Assembly (NCBI GenBank): GCA_963842945.1
Contig: CAWJIM010000002.1
Span: forward strand, 64,001 to 128,000
Direction of reading: 5' to 3'
Source: an uncultured Gemmatimonadales bacterium
GTDB taxonomy: Bacteria; Gemmatimonadota; Gemmatimonadetes; Gemmatimonadales; GWC2-71-9
Length of the DNA stretch: 64,000 bases
Made by a program: the position numbers and the translations under genes. Shown one piece after another: positions 30,089 to 41,010 of this stretch; the first letter of the stretch is position 1; each line of letters begins with the position of its first letter. Below the pieces are notes generated by a model. It had not been told where the DNA came from. It saw nothing but the letters and a program-made list of their open reading frames with translations, and ran no database searches.

Positions 30089-30091
30089 GGA

Positions 30092-30454
30092 TTACGCCAG
30101 GACGCGCTGTACCGCCTCGAGGACACGGGAGGGCTGGAAGGGCTTCACCACGAAATCCTTGGCACCGGCCTGGATCGCTTCGACGACGAGGGCCTGCTGC
30201 CCCATGGCGCTGCACATCAGGATCTTGGCCTCGGGGTCTGACTTGCAGATCTCCCGCACCGCCTCGATGCCGCCCATGTCGGGCATCACGATGTCCATGG
30301 TGACGAGATCGGGCTTGAGCTCGCGATACTTCGCGACCGCCTGTAACCCGGACTCGGCCTCGCCCACTACCTCGAAGCCCGCCTGGCTCAGGATGTCGCT
30401 GATCATCGTGCGCATGAAGATGGCGTCGTCGCAGACGAGCACGGTGTGGTTCAC
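30092..30454 (-). CDS. cheY: CheY response regulator (Bacillus/Thermotoga/archaeal type)
   Basis: DDAIFMR, PDLVTMDIVMP, CSAMGQQ, AKDFVVKPF. Confidence 0.95.
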   Translation of the reverse strand: MNHTVLVCDDAIFMRTMISDILSQAGFEVVGEAESGLQAVAKYRELKPDLVTMDIVMPDMGGIEAVREICKSDPEAKILMCSAMGQQALVVEAIQAGAKDFVVKPFQPSRVLEAVQRVLA

Positions 30455-30466
30455 GGAACTCCTCCT

Positions 30467-30904
30467 TTAGCTTCCGATGATCGGCGCGAATACGGCATCA
30501 ACATCGAGCAGAATGAAGTGCCGGTTCGACTCCAGTCCTACCGCCTTGACCAACCGGGGATCGACCCCAGGGAGCTCCTGCCGCTCCACCACGGAGGCAG
30601 CGGGCACTTCGAGGAAATCCAGCACCTGGCCGACCCCAAGCCCGTAAGCCTTCCCTCTGACTTCGAGCACGACAATGGCGCCCTCGTCGGACAGTCGCCG
30701 CTCCTGTTGCAGGAGCATGTGCCCGTCGAGAACTGTCAGCAGGCTTCCTCGAACGTTGACCAGCCCTTCGACTGCGTCCGCCACCCCAGGAATGCGGGTG
30801 GCTGGGAGCCGGGGGAGGATCTCACGCACGATCCCTGCCGGGGCCGCGCAGACAATCTCACCGATTCGAAAAATGACGGCGTGAAGCGCGGAAGAGTTAG
30901 CCAT
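30467..30904 (-). CDS. cheW: CheW
   Basis: VREILP..TRIPG..VEGLVNVRGSLLTVLD; ATG overlaps the rluD stop. Confidence 0.9.
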   Translation of the reverse strand: MANSSALHAVIFRIGEIVCAAPAGIVREILPRLPATRIPGVADAVEGLVNVRGSLLTVLDGHMLLQQERRLSDEGAIVVLEVRGKAYGLGVGQVLDFLEVPAASVVERQELPGVDPRLVKAVGLESNRHFILLDVDAVFAPIIGS

Positions 30905-31904
30905 CTCTATTGAAGAAACGAAGATAGCGGAGCGGGTCTGACCGATCAACCAGTTCTTTGCCACCAGCCAGAGCGAGTGCTGGACGTAAGTCGTCAGGCC
31001 ATTCGGCCGCGAACTCAAGTGGTGCTCCGCTCACAGGATGGCGGAATGCCAGAGCGGCCGCGTGCAGCGCTTGCCGCGGAGTGGTGCGGCCAAGCAGGTC
31101 GGCATTGCGCCGTTGCGCGCCGGAGATCCGCCGGCTCCCGCCTCCGCTGTAGATCGGATCGCCGACCACGGGGTGTCCCACATGCTCCAGATGCACTCTG
31201 ATCTGATGGGTTCGGCCGGTGTGCAGCTCCAGCCGAAGCAGATCGACCACATCGAATCGGGCGACCACGAAGGCGTCGGTGCGGGCGGCGCGGCCGTTGG
31301 CTACGATCGCCATGCGCTTCCGATCCTGGGGGTGCCGCGCCACGGGAGCCTCAATGACCAGAGGGCTGGAGTCGAGGTGTCCCCAGGCCAGGGCGGCATA
31401 GGTCCGGCGAACCCGTCGGGCGGCGATCGCAGCCCCCAGGCGCCGGTGCGCCAGATCAGTCTTCGCCACCAGCATCAAACCCGAGGTGTCACGATCCAGC
31501 CGGTGAACGATGCCGGGCCGGCCCTCGGCGCCTCCGGCCAGGGTTGTTCCCCGCGCGACCAGCGCGTTGACCAGAGTGTCGTCCCAGTGGCCTGGGGCCG
31601 GATGCACCACCAGCCCGGCCGGCTTGTCGATCACTGCCAGGTGCTCGTCTTCGAAGATGATGCTGAGCGGGATTGCGCGAGGCAGGAGCGTCCGCGGGGG
31701 TTCGGACTCAGGAAGGCGCACGGTCACGGTCTCACCCCGGGAGAGCAGCCGGGACGCCCGCGCGATTTTCCCTTCGACGCTGACCCGTTTTCCGGCGATC
31801 AGCCGGGCTGCCTGGGTTCTGGAGAATCCGAGCTGATCGCCGAGGAAGCGATCCAAACGCTCGGTTTGAGAGCTGAGAACAGTGAACGAGATTTCGTCAC
31901 TCAC
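30897..31904 (-). CDS. rluD: RluA-family 23S rRNA pseudouridine synthase (RluD-like, S4 domain)
   Basis: RLDRFL, DKPAGLVVHP, HRLDRDTSG, TGRTHQIRVH, GDPIY, QALHA. Confidence 0.93.
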   Translation of the reverse strand: MSDEISFTVLSSQTERLDRFLGDQLGFSRTQAARLIAGKRVSVEGKIARASRLLSRGETVTVRLPESEPPRTLLPRAIPLSIIFEDEHLAVIDKPAGLVVHPAPGHWDDTLVNALVARGTTLAGGAEGRPGIVHRLDRDTSGLMLVAKTDLAHRRLGAAIAARRVRRTYAALAWGHLDSSPLVIEAPVARHPQDRKRMAIVANGRAARTDAFVVARFDVVDLLRLELHTGRTHQIRVHLEHVGHPVVGDPIYSGGGSRRISGAQRRNADLLGRTTPRQALHAAALAFRHPVSGAPLEFAAEWPDDLRPALALAGGKELVDRSDPLRYLRFFNRDG

Positions 31905-32431
31905 ACCACCGAAGCCGATTCCGGCTCCGGGCGGTGGGCATCTTCCCGCCACAGCGAGATCGCCAGGGCGATGGCTCCGCAACTGACCGCGATGTCGGCC
32001 ACGTTGAAGGTGGGCCACCGCAGCGCGCCCACGCCGACATCGAGAAAGTCGACCACGCCCCGCGAGCTACGCACCCGGTCGATGAGATTTCCCACTGCAC
32101 CTCCCGCCACCAGGCCGAGGGCCAGCTGCCGGAAGCGGTCGCCCACGGGACTGGTGCGCGACATCCGCGCCAGCACGAAGACGGCAACCAGCGCCACCGT
32201 GAAGAAAATCCAGCGGGAGTACGGTCCGACGTGGAGGCCGAAGGCCGCGCCCTGGTTATACACCAGCCGCAGCTGGAACCAGTCCCCAAAGACCGAAATG
32301 CCCGGCGTGCGGAGCAGCGTGGCCTCGGCGATCAGCTTGGTGATCAGGTCGAGGACCACCGTTCCGACCGCGGCCCCAATGAAGACCCGCCGTTCCGGAC
32401 CGGCGATCAGAGGATCAGCGGCGCTTGCCAT
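31901..32431 (-). CDS. lspA: Lipoprotein signal peptidase II
   Basis: DLITK, NQGAAFG, GGAVGNLIDR, VVDF, FNVAD. Confidence 0.96.
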   Translation of the reverse strand: MASAADPLIAGPERRVFIGAAVGTVVLDLITKLIAEATLLRTPGISVFGDWFQLRLVYNQGAAFGLHVGPYSRWIFFTVALVAVFVLARMSRTSPVGDRFRQLALGLVAGGAVGNLIDRVRSSRGVVDFLDVGVGALRWPTFNVADIAVSCGAIALAISLWREDAHRPEPESASVV

Positions 32432-32798
32432 CTTCCTCTTTCTCCTTGCAGGTGATGCAGAGCCGGGCATGGGGCAAGGCGTCCAGCCGCTCGAAGTTGA
32501 TCTCCTGGCCGCACTGCTGGCAGTGACCGAACTTCTCGGGAGTGCCGTACAGCCGCCGCAGCGCCTCGTTCACATGCCAGAGATACCGGCCCTCCTGTGA
32601 GGCGAAGAGGAACTGCTTCTCCCGCTCCATCGCGTCGGTTCCCTGATCCGCCATATGAAAGGAATAGGAAGAGAGATCGCCGTCGGAGGACTGCAGCGTG
32701 GCGTTGAAGGACTCGTCATAGTACCCCAGCTCCTTCATGACGCGGGCGCGCTCCTCCATGAGGCGCTTCTCGAGATGGCTCAGCTGTTTCTTATTCAT
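32415..32798 (-). CDS. dksA: TraR/DksA C4 zinc-finger protein
   Basis: HMADQGTDAMERE coiled-coil tip; CQQC...ERLDALPHARLCITC. Confidence 0.88.
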   Translation of the reverse strand: MNKKQLSHLEKRLMEERARVMKELGYYDESFNATLQSSDGDLSSYSFHMADQGTDAMEREKQFLFASQEGRYLWHVNEALRRLYGTPEKFGHCQQCGQEINFERLDALPHARLCITCKEKEEDGKRR

Positions 32799-35700
32799 CA
32801 CTCGTCCATGGTTGAGGGCCGGCTGAAGTCCGACCGTCCTGATATCGTTGTACTCCCACCACCGCCCCGTTTCCATCCATCTCCACCCGCTGCTCCAGGT
32901 CCGGCGCGGGCGCCCGCGCAGCCACTTCCAGATTCCGGGCCAGGGTCTCCCCCCGGATGAAGCTCGCATGCGCGCGGACGGCCTCCAGCACCGGTGCATC
33001 ACCGTCGATCCAGAGCGCTATGCGGTCGGTATAACTGTAGCCCGCCTCCTTCCGAATTCGTTGGACCCGGTTCACCACCTCGCGGGCCAGACCCTCCAGC
33101 CGGAGTGCCTCGTCCAGCCGCGGATCGAGGGCTGCAACGAACGCGCCATTGCTTTGCACCAGCCAGTCGCTGGCAACCTCCCGCTCGACGGCTACATCCT
33201 CGGGGAGATAAGTGACCGGCTCGCCCTCCAGCTCCAGCGTGGCCGGACTGCCGGCTTCCAGGCCCCGGAGCTGCACCGGGGTGAGCGTCGCCGCCGCTGC
33301 CGCCACCGCCGGGGTGCGCTTGCCGTAGCGCTTTCCCAGGGTCCGAAAGTTTGGCTTCGGTCTGAGCCGCACCAGATCGGTGTCCGAGGCAACTACCTCG
33401 ATCTTCTTCACATTCACCTCGAGCCGCAGCAGCTCGAGCAGCTGCTGCAGCGTCGGGCCCCGGACCGCTCCCGGCACCGCCACCTGCATCCGGCCCAGCG
33501 GCTGTCGCACTCGAATGTTGCGCTCTTCGCGGGCCGACCGGGCCAGAGAGGCGAGCCGACGCACCGCATCCATGGCTGCCTCGAGATCGGGCGCTGCCCT
33601 CCCCTGCGGTAGCGGAAACCCGGCGAGGTGGACGGATGTTCCCGCCAGTGCGCGGTGCAGCCAATCGCTTACGAAGGGCGCCGCCGGAGCCAGGAGCTTG
33701 GAGACGGTGGTCAGAGCCTCGTGCAGGGTCGCGAGCGCGGCCGGGTCGGCGGTGGAATCGGGGGCCCAGAAGCGCGCCCGATTGACTCGGACGTACCACT
33801 GAGAGACATCGTCGACCACGAAGTCCATGATCGCCCGCACACCGGCGGTCACGTCGTAACGGCCCCAGGCCGCAGCGACCGTTTCGACCGTTGCATCCAG
33901 CCGGCTGAGGAGCCAGCGATCCACCAGCGGCCGCTCCGCTTCCGTGGGCGCCTGCGACGGGGTCCAGTCCCCGGCATAGCCGGCAAAGAAAGTGTAGCTG
34001 TTCTTCAGAGCGTTGAAGAACTTTCCCGCCACTTCGGGGATGGTCCGAGGGTCGAAGCGCTTGGGCAGCCAGACCTGACTCGAGGCGAGCAGATAGAGCC
34101 GGATGGTGTCGGCGCCGTACTGTTCGATCATGGCCCAGGGATCGACCACGTTGCCCTTGCTCTTCGACATCTTCTGGCCCTCGGCGTCGAGCACCAGTTC
34201 GTTCACGATCACGTGGCGGTAGGCCAGGCTGTCGAAGGCGGTCGTGGCAATGGCCAGCAAGGAGTAGAACCAGCCGCGGGTCTGGTCCACACCCTCGCAG
34301 ATGAAGTCGGCTGGAAAGTGGCGCTCGAACTCGTCCTGATGCTCGAACGGATAGTGCCACTGCGCATAGGGCATCGATCCGGAGTCGAACCAGGTGTCGA
34401 TCACTTCAGGGGTGCGCGCCATAAGCCCGCCACAGCGGCAGGCCCAGCTGTATCCGTCGATGAACGGCTTGTGCGGGTCGAAGTCGTCCGGCAGCGCCCG
34501 TCCCCAGCGCTTCGCCAGCTCGGCGTAGCTCCCGATCACCTCGACATGGGATGAATCGTCGATCGCAGACCCACACCGGCAGCGGCGTCCCCCAGTAGCG
34601 GTCGCGCGACAGAGCCCAGTCCACGTTGTTTTCCAGCCACTCGCCGAAGCGGCCGGCGCCGACTTCGGGCGGATGCCAGTCCACCTGCCGGTTGAGCTCC
34701 AGCATCCGCTCCTTTACCGCCGAGGTGCGCACGAACCACGAGTCCCGGGCGTAGTAGATCAGCGGACTGGAGCAGCGCCAGCAGTGGGGATAGGTGTGGG
34801 TATGCGGCTGAGTCAGATGCCAGCGGCCCTCCTGCTTGAGCCGCTGGATGATGAGGTCGTTGGTCTCTCGCGCGGTGACCAGCCGGCCTTCGATCTCAGG
34901 CCAGGTGGTGCCCACAAAGGTTCCGTCGGGAGCCACCGGCCGCACCAGTGCCAGACCGTGCTCGACACCGGCCTGGTAATCGTCGGCGCCGAATGCCGGA
35001 GCGAGGTGCACCAGTCCCGAGCCGTCATCCGCAGTGACGAAGTCGGCGCCGATGACCACCCGCGACGCGCGATCCTCCGGAAGCGGCACGACTTCGAGCG
35101 GGCGACGGTATCGAAGCCCGATCAGCTCACGCCCTGAGAAAGTGCGCAGAGCGCCCAGCTCGCTGAAGCTGGGCGCACCCCGCTGGCTGCTGCTCGGAAG
35201 CGATGGCCCTGGCGGTGGCCAGGATGATCCGCCGGTCGCCCACGGCGTACTCCCCGTACTCCAGATCGGGGTTGACCGCGACCGCCACGTTGGACAGCAG
35301 CGTCCACGGCGTGGTGGTCCAAACCAGCAGCTCGCGCTGCGGGTCGTCCCGAAGCGGAAACGTCACGTACACCGAGTTGGTGGTGACGGTCTCGTAGCCG
35401 AGCGCCAGCTCGTGACTGGAGAGCACGGTGCCGCAGCGGGGACAGTAGGGCAGGACCCGGTGGCCGCGGTACAGCAGGCTTCGCTGGTGCAGCCGCTGCA
35501 GCAGCCACCAGACGCTCTCGATGTAGTCGTTGCTGCAGGTGACGTAGGGGTGCTCGTAATCCAGCCAGTAGCCGATCCGGTCGGAGAGACTCTCCCACTC
35601 GGTCTGATACTTGAAGACGCTCTTGCGGGCGCGGGCGTTGAACTCCTCCACGCCAAAGCGCTCGATGTCTTTCTTTCCGGTGAGCTTGAGCTCCTTCTCC

Positions 35701-35988
35701 ACCTCGATCTCGACCGGCAGCCCGTGGGTGTCCCAGCCGGCAATACGGGTGACCGACTCTCCCCGCATGGAGTGGAACCGGCAGACCAGATCCTTGATCG
35801 TCCGGGAGAACACATGATGGATGCCGGGACGGCCATTGGCGGTGGGCGGCCCCTCATAGAACACGAAGGGACTGCCGTCCCGCCGCGGCCTCCATGGTCT
35901 GCTGGAAGAGTCCCTCGGACTTCCAGAGCGCGAGTTGCCGTTGCTCCAGCTCATTGGGAGTGAGATCGGGCCAGGCAGGAAACGCCAT
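32791..35988 (-). CDS. ileS: Isoleucyl-tRNA synthetase (type 2); frameshifts near 35880, 35170 and 34555
   Basis: FYEGPPTANGRPGIHH, GWDTHGLPVE, WTTTPWTL, GSGLVHLAPAFG, DWALSRDRYWGTPLP, DQTRGWFY, KMSKS spread over 4 ORF pieces. Confidence 0.95.
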
Positions 35989-36828
35989 CAGGGCAAGCGC
36001 TCCACCAGCCGCGCGATGAGTCGGGTCAGCGACGGCTCCGCCCGCTTGGCGGTGTCGATGATGCGATCGATGTCGGCCGGCTCCAGCGCGTCGGGCAGGC
36101 ACTGGTCGGTGATGATCGAGATCCCGACTGTGCGCATTCCCGCGTGCGACGCTACGATCACCTCGGGCACGGTAGACATCCCGACCACGTCGGCTCCCAT
36201 TCGCCCGCAGCATCCGGTACTCGGCGCGGGTCTCCAGGTTCGGTCCGGGCACTGCCACGTAGACTCCTTCGCGCAGCCTGATCCCCAGCTCTGCCGCCAG
36301 CGTCGGGCCAACGCCCGGAGCTCGGCGTCGTAGGGGGCGGACATGTCCGGGAAACCGGGGACCCAGCCGGTCGTCATTGGCGCCGATCAGCGGATTGTCG
36401 CCCAGCAGGTTGATGTGATCGCTGAGCAGAACCAGATCACCCGGATCCCAGAGCGGGTTCATCCCGCCGCAGGCGTTGGAGACAACCAGGGTCGTTGCCC
36501 CGAGCGCGCGCATCACCCGGACGGGAAAGGTCACCTCAGCGAGGCCGTAGCCCTCGTACCGGTGAAAGCGGCCCTGCATGGCCACCACCGGGCGCTTCCC
36601 CAGGCGGCCGAGCAGCAGCCGGCCCGCATGTGATCTCGACGGTGGAAAGCGGGAATCCCGGAAGGGATTCCTGGTAGGGAATCGAGGCATCCACCTCGAT
36701 CTCATCGGCCAGACCGCCTAGCCCGGTGCCGAGGATGATTCCGACGTCCGGCTCCAGCCGGGAGCGCGCCCCGCACGACCGCGGTGGCCTCCTGATCCGG
36801 TCGAACAACAGCCGGCTGCAGCGGTCAA
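35988..36828 (-). CDS. Purine-nucleoside phosphorylase (trimeric type); several frameshifts
   Basis: [52 protein letters not shown]. Confidence 0.9.
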
Positions 36829-36829
36829 C

Positions 36830-37348
36830 GCTGTTTCCCGGGAATTGTTTCAGCCTGTGGAGTCGGATATTTCGGGACCGGTCCGGCGCTGAAGCCCGTC
36901 CACCTCTCCCAGGTGGCGCTCCAGCAAGGGTACGGAAGCTGGCGACATAGGCAGTGAATTGGCGGGCCGCCCCGTCGGCGCGCTCCCGGACCAGCGCCTC
37001 CTCCTGGTGGGCTCGCTCCAGAATCCGCTCCGCTTCGGCCCTGGCCTCCCGCAGCACCAGCTCGGCTTCGCGCTCGGCCTGTTCCCGGCTGTCTACCCGG
37101 AGCTGCTGCGCCGCCACCAGCGCTTCGTTCATGGCCCGTTCCCGGTCCCGGAAGGCCCGCAGCTGTTCCTGCACTCCGCGCAGACGCTCCTCGTGCTGGG
37201 CCCGATCGCGCAACAGCCGCTCCAGCTCCTCCGAGATGGCCAGCTTGAACTCGTCGACCTGCGCCCGGTCGTAGCCTCGAAGGGTGCGGGCAAATTCCTG
37301 AGACCGGACATCGAGAGGCGTCAGGTGGAACGCGTGATCGTCGCTCAT
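36830..37348 (-). CDS. divIVA: DivIVA domain protein; C-terminus frameshifted, end approximate
   Basis: [26 protein letters not shown] followed by a long coiled coil. Confidence 0.88.
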
Positions 37349-38034
37349 GTCATCCGCTCCCCAAACAGAACGGTTCCCAGCCGGATCATGGTTGCACCCT
37401 CCTCCACCGCGACCTGATAGTCGTCCGGACATGCCCATCGAGAGCTCCGGCAAGCGCGTGCCCGGAGCGCTCCGCCGCATCCCGCAATTCCCGCAGCTGG
37501 CGAAAGGCTCGGCGCTGCTCGCCCATCGTCGGCGCTCAGCGCACTCATGGTCATGAGACCCCGTACCTCGATCCGTTCCAGCGCCCGCAGCTCATCCAGT
37601 AACAAGGGCAGAGACTCCGGCGCCACTCCGCCCTTCTGCGGCTCTCCGGAACAGTTCACCTGGACCAGCACTCGCTGCCTCTGTCCCGGAGCAACGCGGC
37701 GTTCGAGCTCGGCCCCGAGATCGGCGCGGTCGACCGAATGGATCAGAGCAAACCGGCCGGCGGCATGTCGGGCCTTGTTGCGCTGCAGCGTCCCGATCAG
37801 GTGCCAGTCGACCGGCACCTCCGAGGCCTGGTCCTGCTTCTGCAGTGCCTCCTGCACCCGGTTCTCCCCCACGTCCGTGAGGCCGGCATCCACCGCGGCC
37901 AGCACTGCCTCCGCTCCGTGGGTCTTGGTGACCGCCACGATGCGCACCGGGTGCTGCCAGCCTCCTCGCGCCTGGCTCTGTGCCACTGTTTCGCGCACGT
38001 GCGCCAGCCGGGCCGGAAGGCCTGGGAAATCCAT
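37345..38034 (-). CDS. yggS: PLP homeostasis protein YggS; compensating frameshifts in the 3' part
   Basis: [41 protein letters not shown] (in a shifted frame), IRLGTVLFG. Confidence 0.93.
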   Translation of the reverse strand: MDFPGLPARLAHVRETVAQSQARGGWQHPVRIVAVTKTHGAEAVLAAVDAGLTDVGENRVQEALQKQDQASEVPVDWHLIGTLQRNKARHAAGRFALIHSVDRADLGAELERRVAPGQRQRVLVQVNCSGEPQKGGVAPESLPLLLDELRALERIEVRGLMTMSALSADDGRAAPSLSPAAGIAGCGGALRARACRSSRWACPDDYQVAVEEGATMIRLGTVLFGERMT

Positions 38035-38068
38035 AGCCACCTAATTTATTGGGGGATGGGGTGTTATT

Positions 38069-38114
38069 GAAGGTCGGGAAGGTTGGGAAGGACGGGAAAG
38101 GCGGGAAGGTACGG
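38069..38114 (+). repeat. Array of five ~9-bp units (GAAGGNCGG-like); left arm of an inverted pair
   Basis: GAAGGTCGG GAAGGTTGG GAAGGACGG GAAAGGCGG GAAGGTACGG. Confidence 0.9.
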
Positions 38115-38125
38115 GGGATGGGAGG

Positions 38126-38512
38126 TCAGGAGGTTAGGGGTGACTCAGGCACCGACTTTTTGGGAAGCAAGGACTTGTAGAGCAGCCACGTCATACCGCC
38201 CGCGCGTTCATGCAAATTATTCAAGCTAGCCCAATCAGAATCCGACAGAATTCGAAGTTCCTTCGCCAGGAGAAGAGTGTACGAAAGCTCTGAAAGCGAC
38301 CCCAAACTGATGTTTAGGTAGCGCCTGAACTCTGCCTTCCCTTTTCTAGCACATCCCTCGGCAATGTTAGCTGCCGCTGAGTGAGCTGCACGCCTGGCCT
38401 GGGAGCTCAATCCAAAACGCTCTTCGGATGGCCAGGACTTTGTTGAATGGTACACGGCCAGACACAAATCATGGCATCTCTGCCAGGCCTTGACCCGCTG
38501 GTATATAGCCAT
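38126..38512 (-). CDS. Four-helix-bundle protein (23S rRNA IVP / TIGR02436-like, Avd-like fold)
   Basis: VKAWQ, WPSEERFGLSSQARRAAHSAAANIAEG, FRRYLNISLGSLSE; about 50% GC by hand count over 180 bp, visibly lower than the surrounding genes. Confidence 0.92.
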   Translation of the reverse strand: MAIYQRVKAWQRCHDLCLAVYHSTKSWPSEERFGLSSQARRAAHSAAANIAEGCARKGKAEFRRYLNISLGSLSELSYTLLLAKELRILSDSDWASLNNLHERAGGMTWLLYKSLLPKKSVPESPLTS

Positions 38513-38563
38513 CTCCTAAATTAGTCAGAACCGGTGTGTGGTCCCCGACCAATTTCAATCTCA

Positions 38564-38638
38564 CCGTACCTTCCCGCCTCTCTTTCCTTGCTGCATACGG
38601 TCCCGTCCTTCACGTCTTTCCCGCCCTTCCCGTCATTC
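38564..38638 (-). repeat. Right arm: inverted copies of the 9-bp unit
   Basis: CCGTACCTTCCCGCCT (38564-38579) is the exact reverse complement of 38099-38114; then CCGTCCTTC ACGTCTTTC CCGCCCTTC CCGTCATTC (38603-38638). Confidence 0.9.
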
Positions 38639-41010
38639 TTCAACCGTATCCCTCCCCCTCACCCTCAACTCCGCCAACGCCGTCCGGAGTGACTGGTTTG
38701 GGGTCAGCTGCATCGCCCGATCCAGGGCTCGCAGCATCTTCTCCTGTTGGCCCCGGGCGCTATAGGCGTAGGTGAGCTGGGTGAACGGAAGCGATAAGGT
38801 GGACGCGATGCTGGCACTGGTGGTCTCCAGTTTGGTCACATCCCCATCGAGCAGATCACCGTAGCGGTAGGTATCCCAGACCAGGCGTTCTGTCGTGGGA
38901 ATGTCCAAAGGGGCCCCGGCAAGGCGCCGAGTATCCAGTGCCGGCGAGGTGGTATCCGGATGACTGGATCGCAGGCTGTAGCCCAGACCCTGCTGCACCA
39001 CGTACTCGCTCAACCCACCGAATTCGCGGCCGGCCGTGATGGCCCAAACGATCGGGCGTCGCCCCACGTTCTGCTGCACGATGCTGAGGGTGAGAATGTC
39101 ATTCGGCAGCAGGAAGGTGTCGGCCTTGAGATTCCGGCTCACAGGACCCAGCGTGCACTCGCTGATCTTGCGGCACCACGTAGCCGCTCATCGCCGATGG
39201 CGATCATCGAGTCGGTCATGGTATGCAGCGGTTGGGTGGGAGGCGGTCTCAGGGCGCCGCGCCAAAGAGCCGGGAGCGCTGCCCGGTCTACCGGGCGAAC
39301 CGGATTGTCCCGCAGCTGGCGCATGTACCAATCGGTGTTCGCCAGCGCCAGGCAGACCACCGTCACATCCTGGCGGACGTTGGCTACTTCCTGAGCCCAC
39401 CAGAGCGGGAACGTGTCGTTGTCGCCGTAGGTGAACAGCACCCCATACGGCGGTACCGTGTTCAGCAGGTCGTAGGCAAAGTCGGCGGCGAGCCGGGCAT
39501 CGGGGCCATGGCGCCGCGAGGCGGCCGTCCAGTTCAGGGCGATCGGAACCAGCGGCGAAGGCCAACGCAGCGGGCGCCCATCGTCGCGCAGTGCCGGCGC
39601 GCGCCCAGATGGACCGCGCGATCACGGCGAGCCCCATCCCGGCCCAGATCCCCCACACGATGAAGCTCACCACGAAGAAGTAGTCCCGCTCCCGCACCTC
39701 GTGAGCGGAGGCGGTCGGGATAACTGTCGAACCAGCGGCCGAAGCCCGGCCTGAAGTTCATGTAGATGACCAGGCCCGATGCCGGTGACCATGAACAGTC
39801 CCAGCAGCAGCCACCACGCCGGCCGGTCGGCCCGCCGCTGGGCCAGCAAGCCGCGAAGGCCGAGCGATGACGAAGACCAGGGTGATCGAGACCTGCAGCC
39901 AGTCTGCCAGCGCCTTGGCCCACTGCCAGGTGAAGTACACGATGTAGTCGCGCGAACTGGATCGCCAGCAGGCCAGGGTGCGGCCCGGGTTGTCCGGGCC
40001 GTGCGGAACCGTGGGATCGTCCAGCGGGGTGCGCGGCGGATACTGCGCCCGGCGTGATCACCGCGCAGCAGCGCGTCGAAGGTGGCGCGGCGCGGCCTCG
40101 TTGATCGGCGGGTTCTGGGCCGACCGGATGATAGAGGTAGAGATAGGGCGTTACGCCGATCGCAGGCGATGAACAGAGTGAGCAGCGCGAAAGTCGCCGC
40201 CCTCCGAGCGCCGGCATAAGCCGGCCGCGGCAAGAAAGCAGAGTCCGCCCAGAAGGATCAACCCGGTGCTGCCCAGCCCGGTGCCGATGAGCAGCGCCCA
40301 GACGCCGGCGACCACGGCGACCTGCGCCCATTCGGCCCGGCGCTGTGCCGGGATCGCGTGCCGGCGCGCTTCGCAGAGTGGCCACCACGAACATCACCAC
40401 CGCCGGACCCGCCAGCAGCGCGAGCAGGTGATTGCCGATCGAGATGCCGGCCAGATACACGATCAGCAGAAGCAGCCGCGGCGCCCGCGTGGTTCCCCGG
40501 TCCCGCCGCCAGATGTGAGCAGCCAGCTCATGGCGGCGATGGTGAACGTGGCGACCGCGTAGACCTCGGTCTCGTTCGAGTTCTGCCAATTGGTGAAGGT
40601 GAAGGCGCCAAGCATGGCCGCCGCAGCGCCACCGCCGAGACGCAGGAGCCGCGCGGTCTCGTCGTCTCAGGCCGGCGGTAATCAGCGCGCGCATCGACTC
40701 GTGGGCGACCAGAAAGAAGCAGCCCGCTGCCGCGAGCGCTCAGCACGGCGCTCAGCAGATTGGTCCGGAACGCGTATTCGCCAATGGGAAGCAGCATCGC
40801 CCAGACATGGGCGATCATGACGAACAGGGGCGTTCCGGGCGGATGCGGGATGCCGAGGGTCTTGGCGGCCGCGATGAACTCGCCGGCATCCCAGAACGTG
40901 ACGGTCGGGGCGAGCGTGAGGAGGTAACACCAGCAACACCAGCCGACACCAGGCGACGCCGTAGGGCGGCCGCGTACGGACTCCGAGCGAGTGCGTTCAG
41001 GACCAGCACT
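38633..41010 (-). CDS. DUF2723 / TMEM260-like GT-C membrane glycosyltransferase; many frameshifts
   Basis: [58 protein letters not shown]. Confidence 0.85.

Noticed and set aside
38126..38512. Diversity-generating retroelement (Avd-like gene)
   Set aside because: No reverse transcriptase and no TR/VR pair differing at adenines in the window
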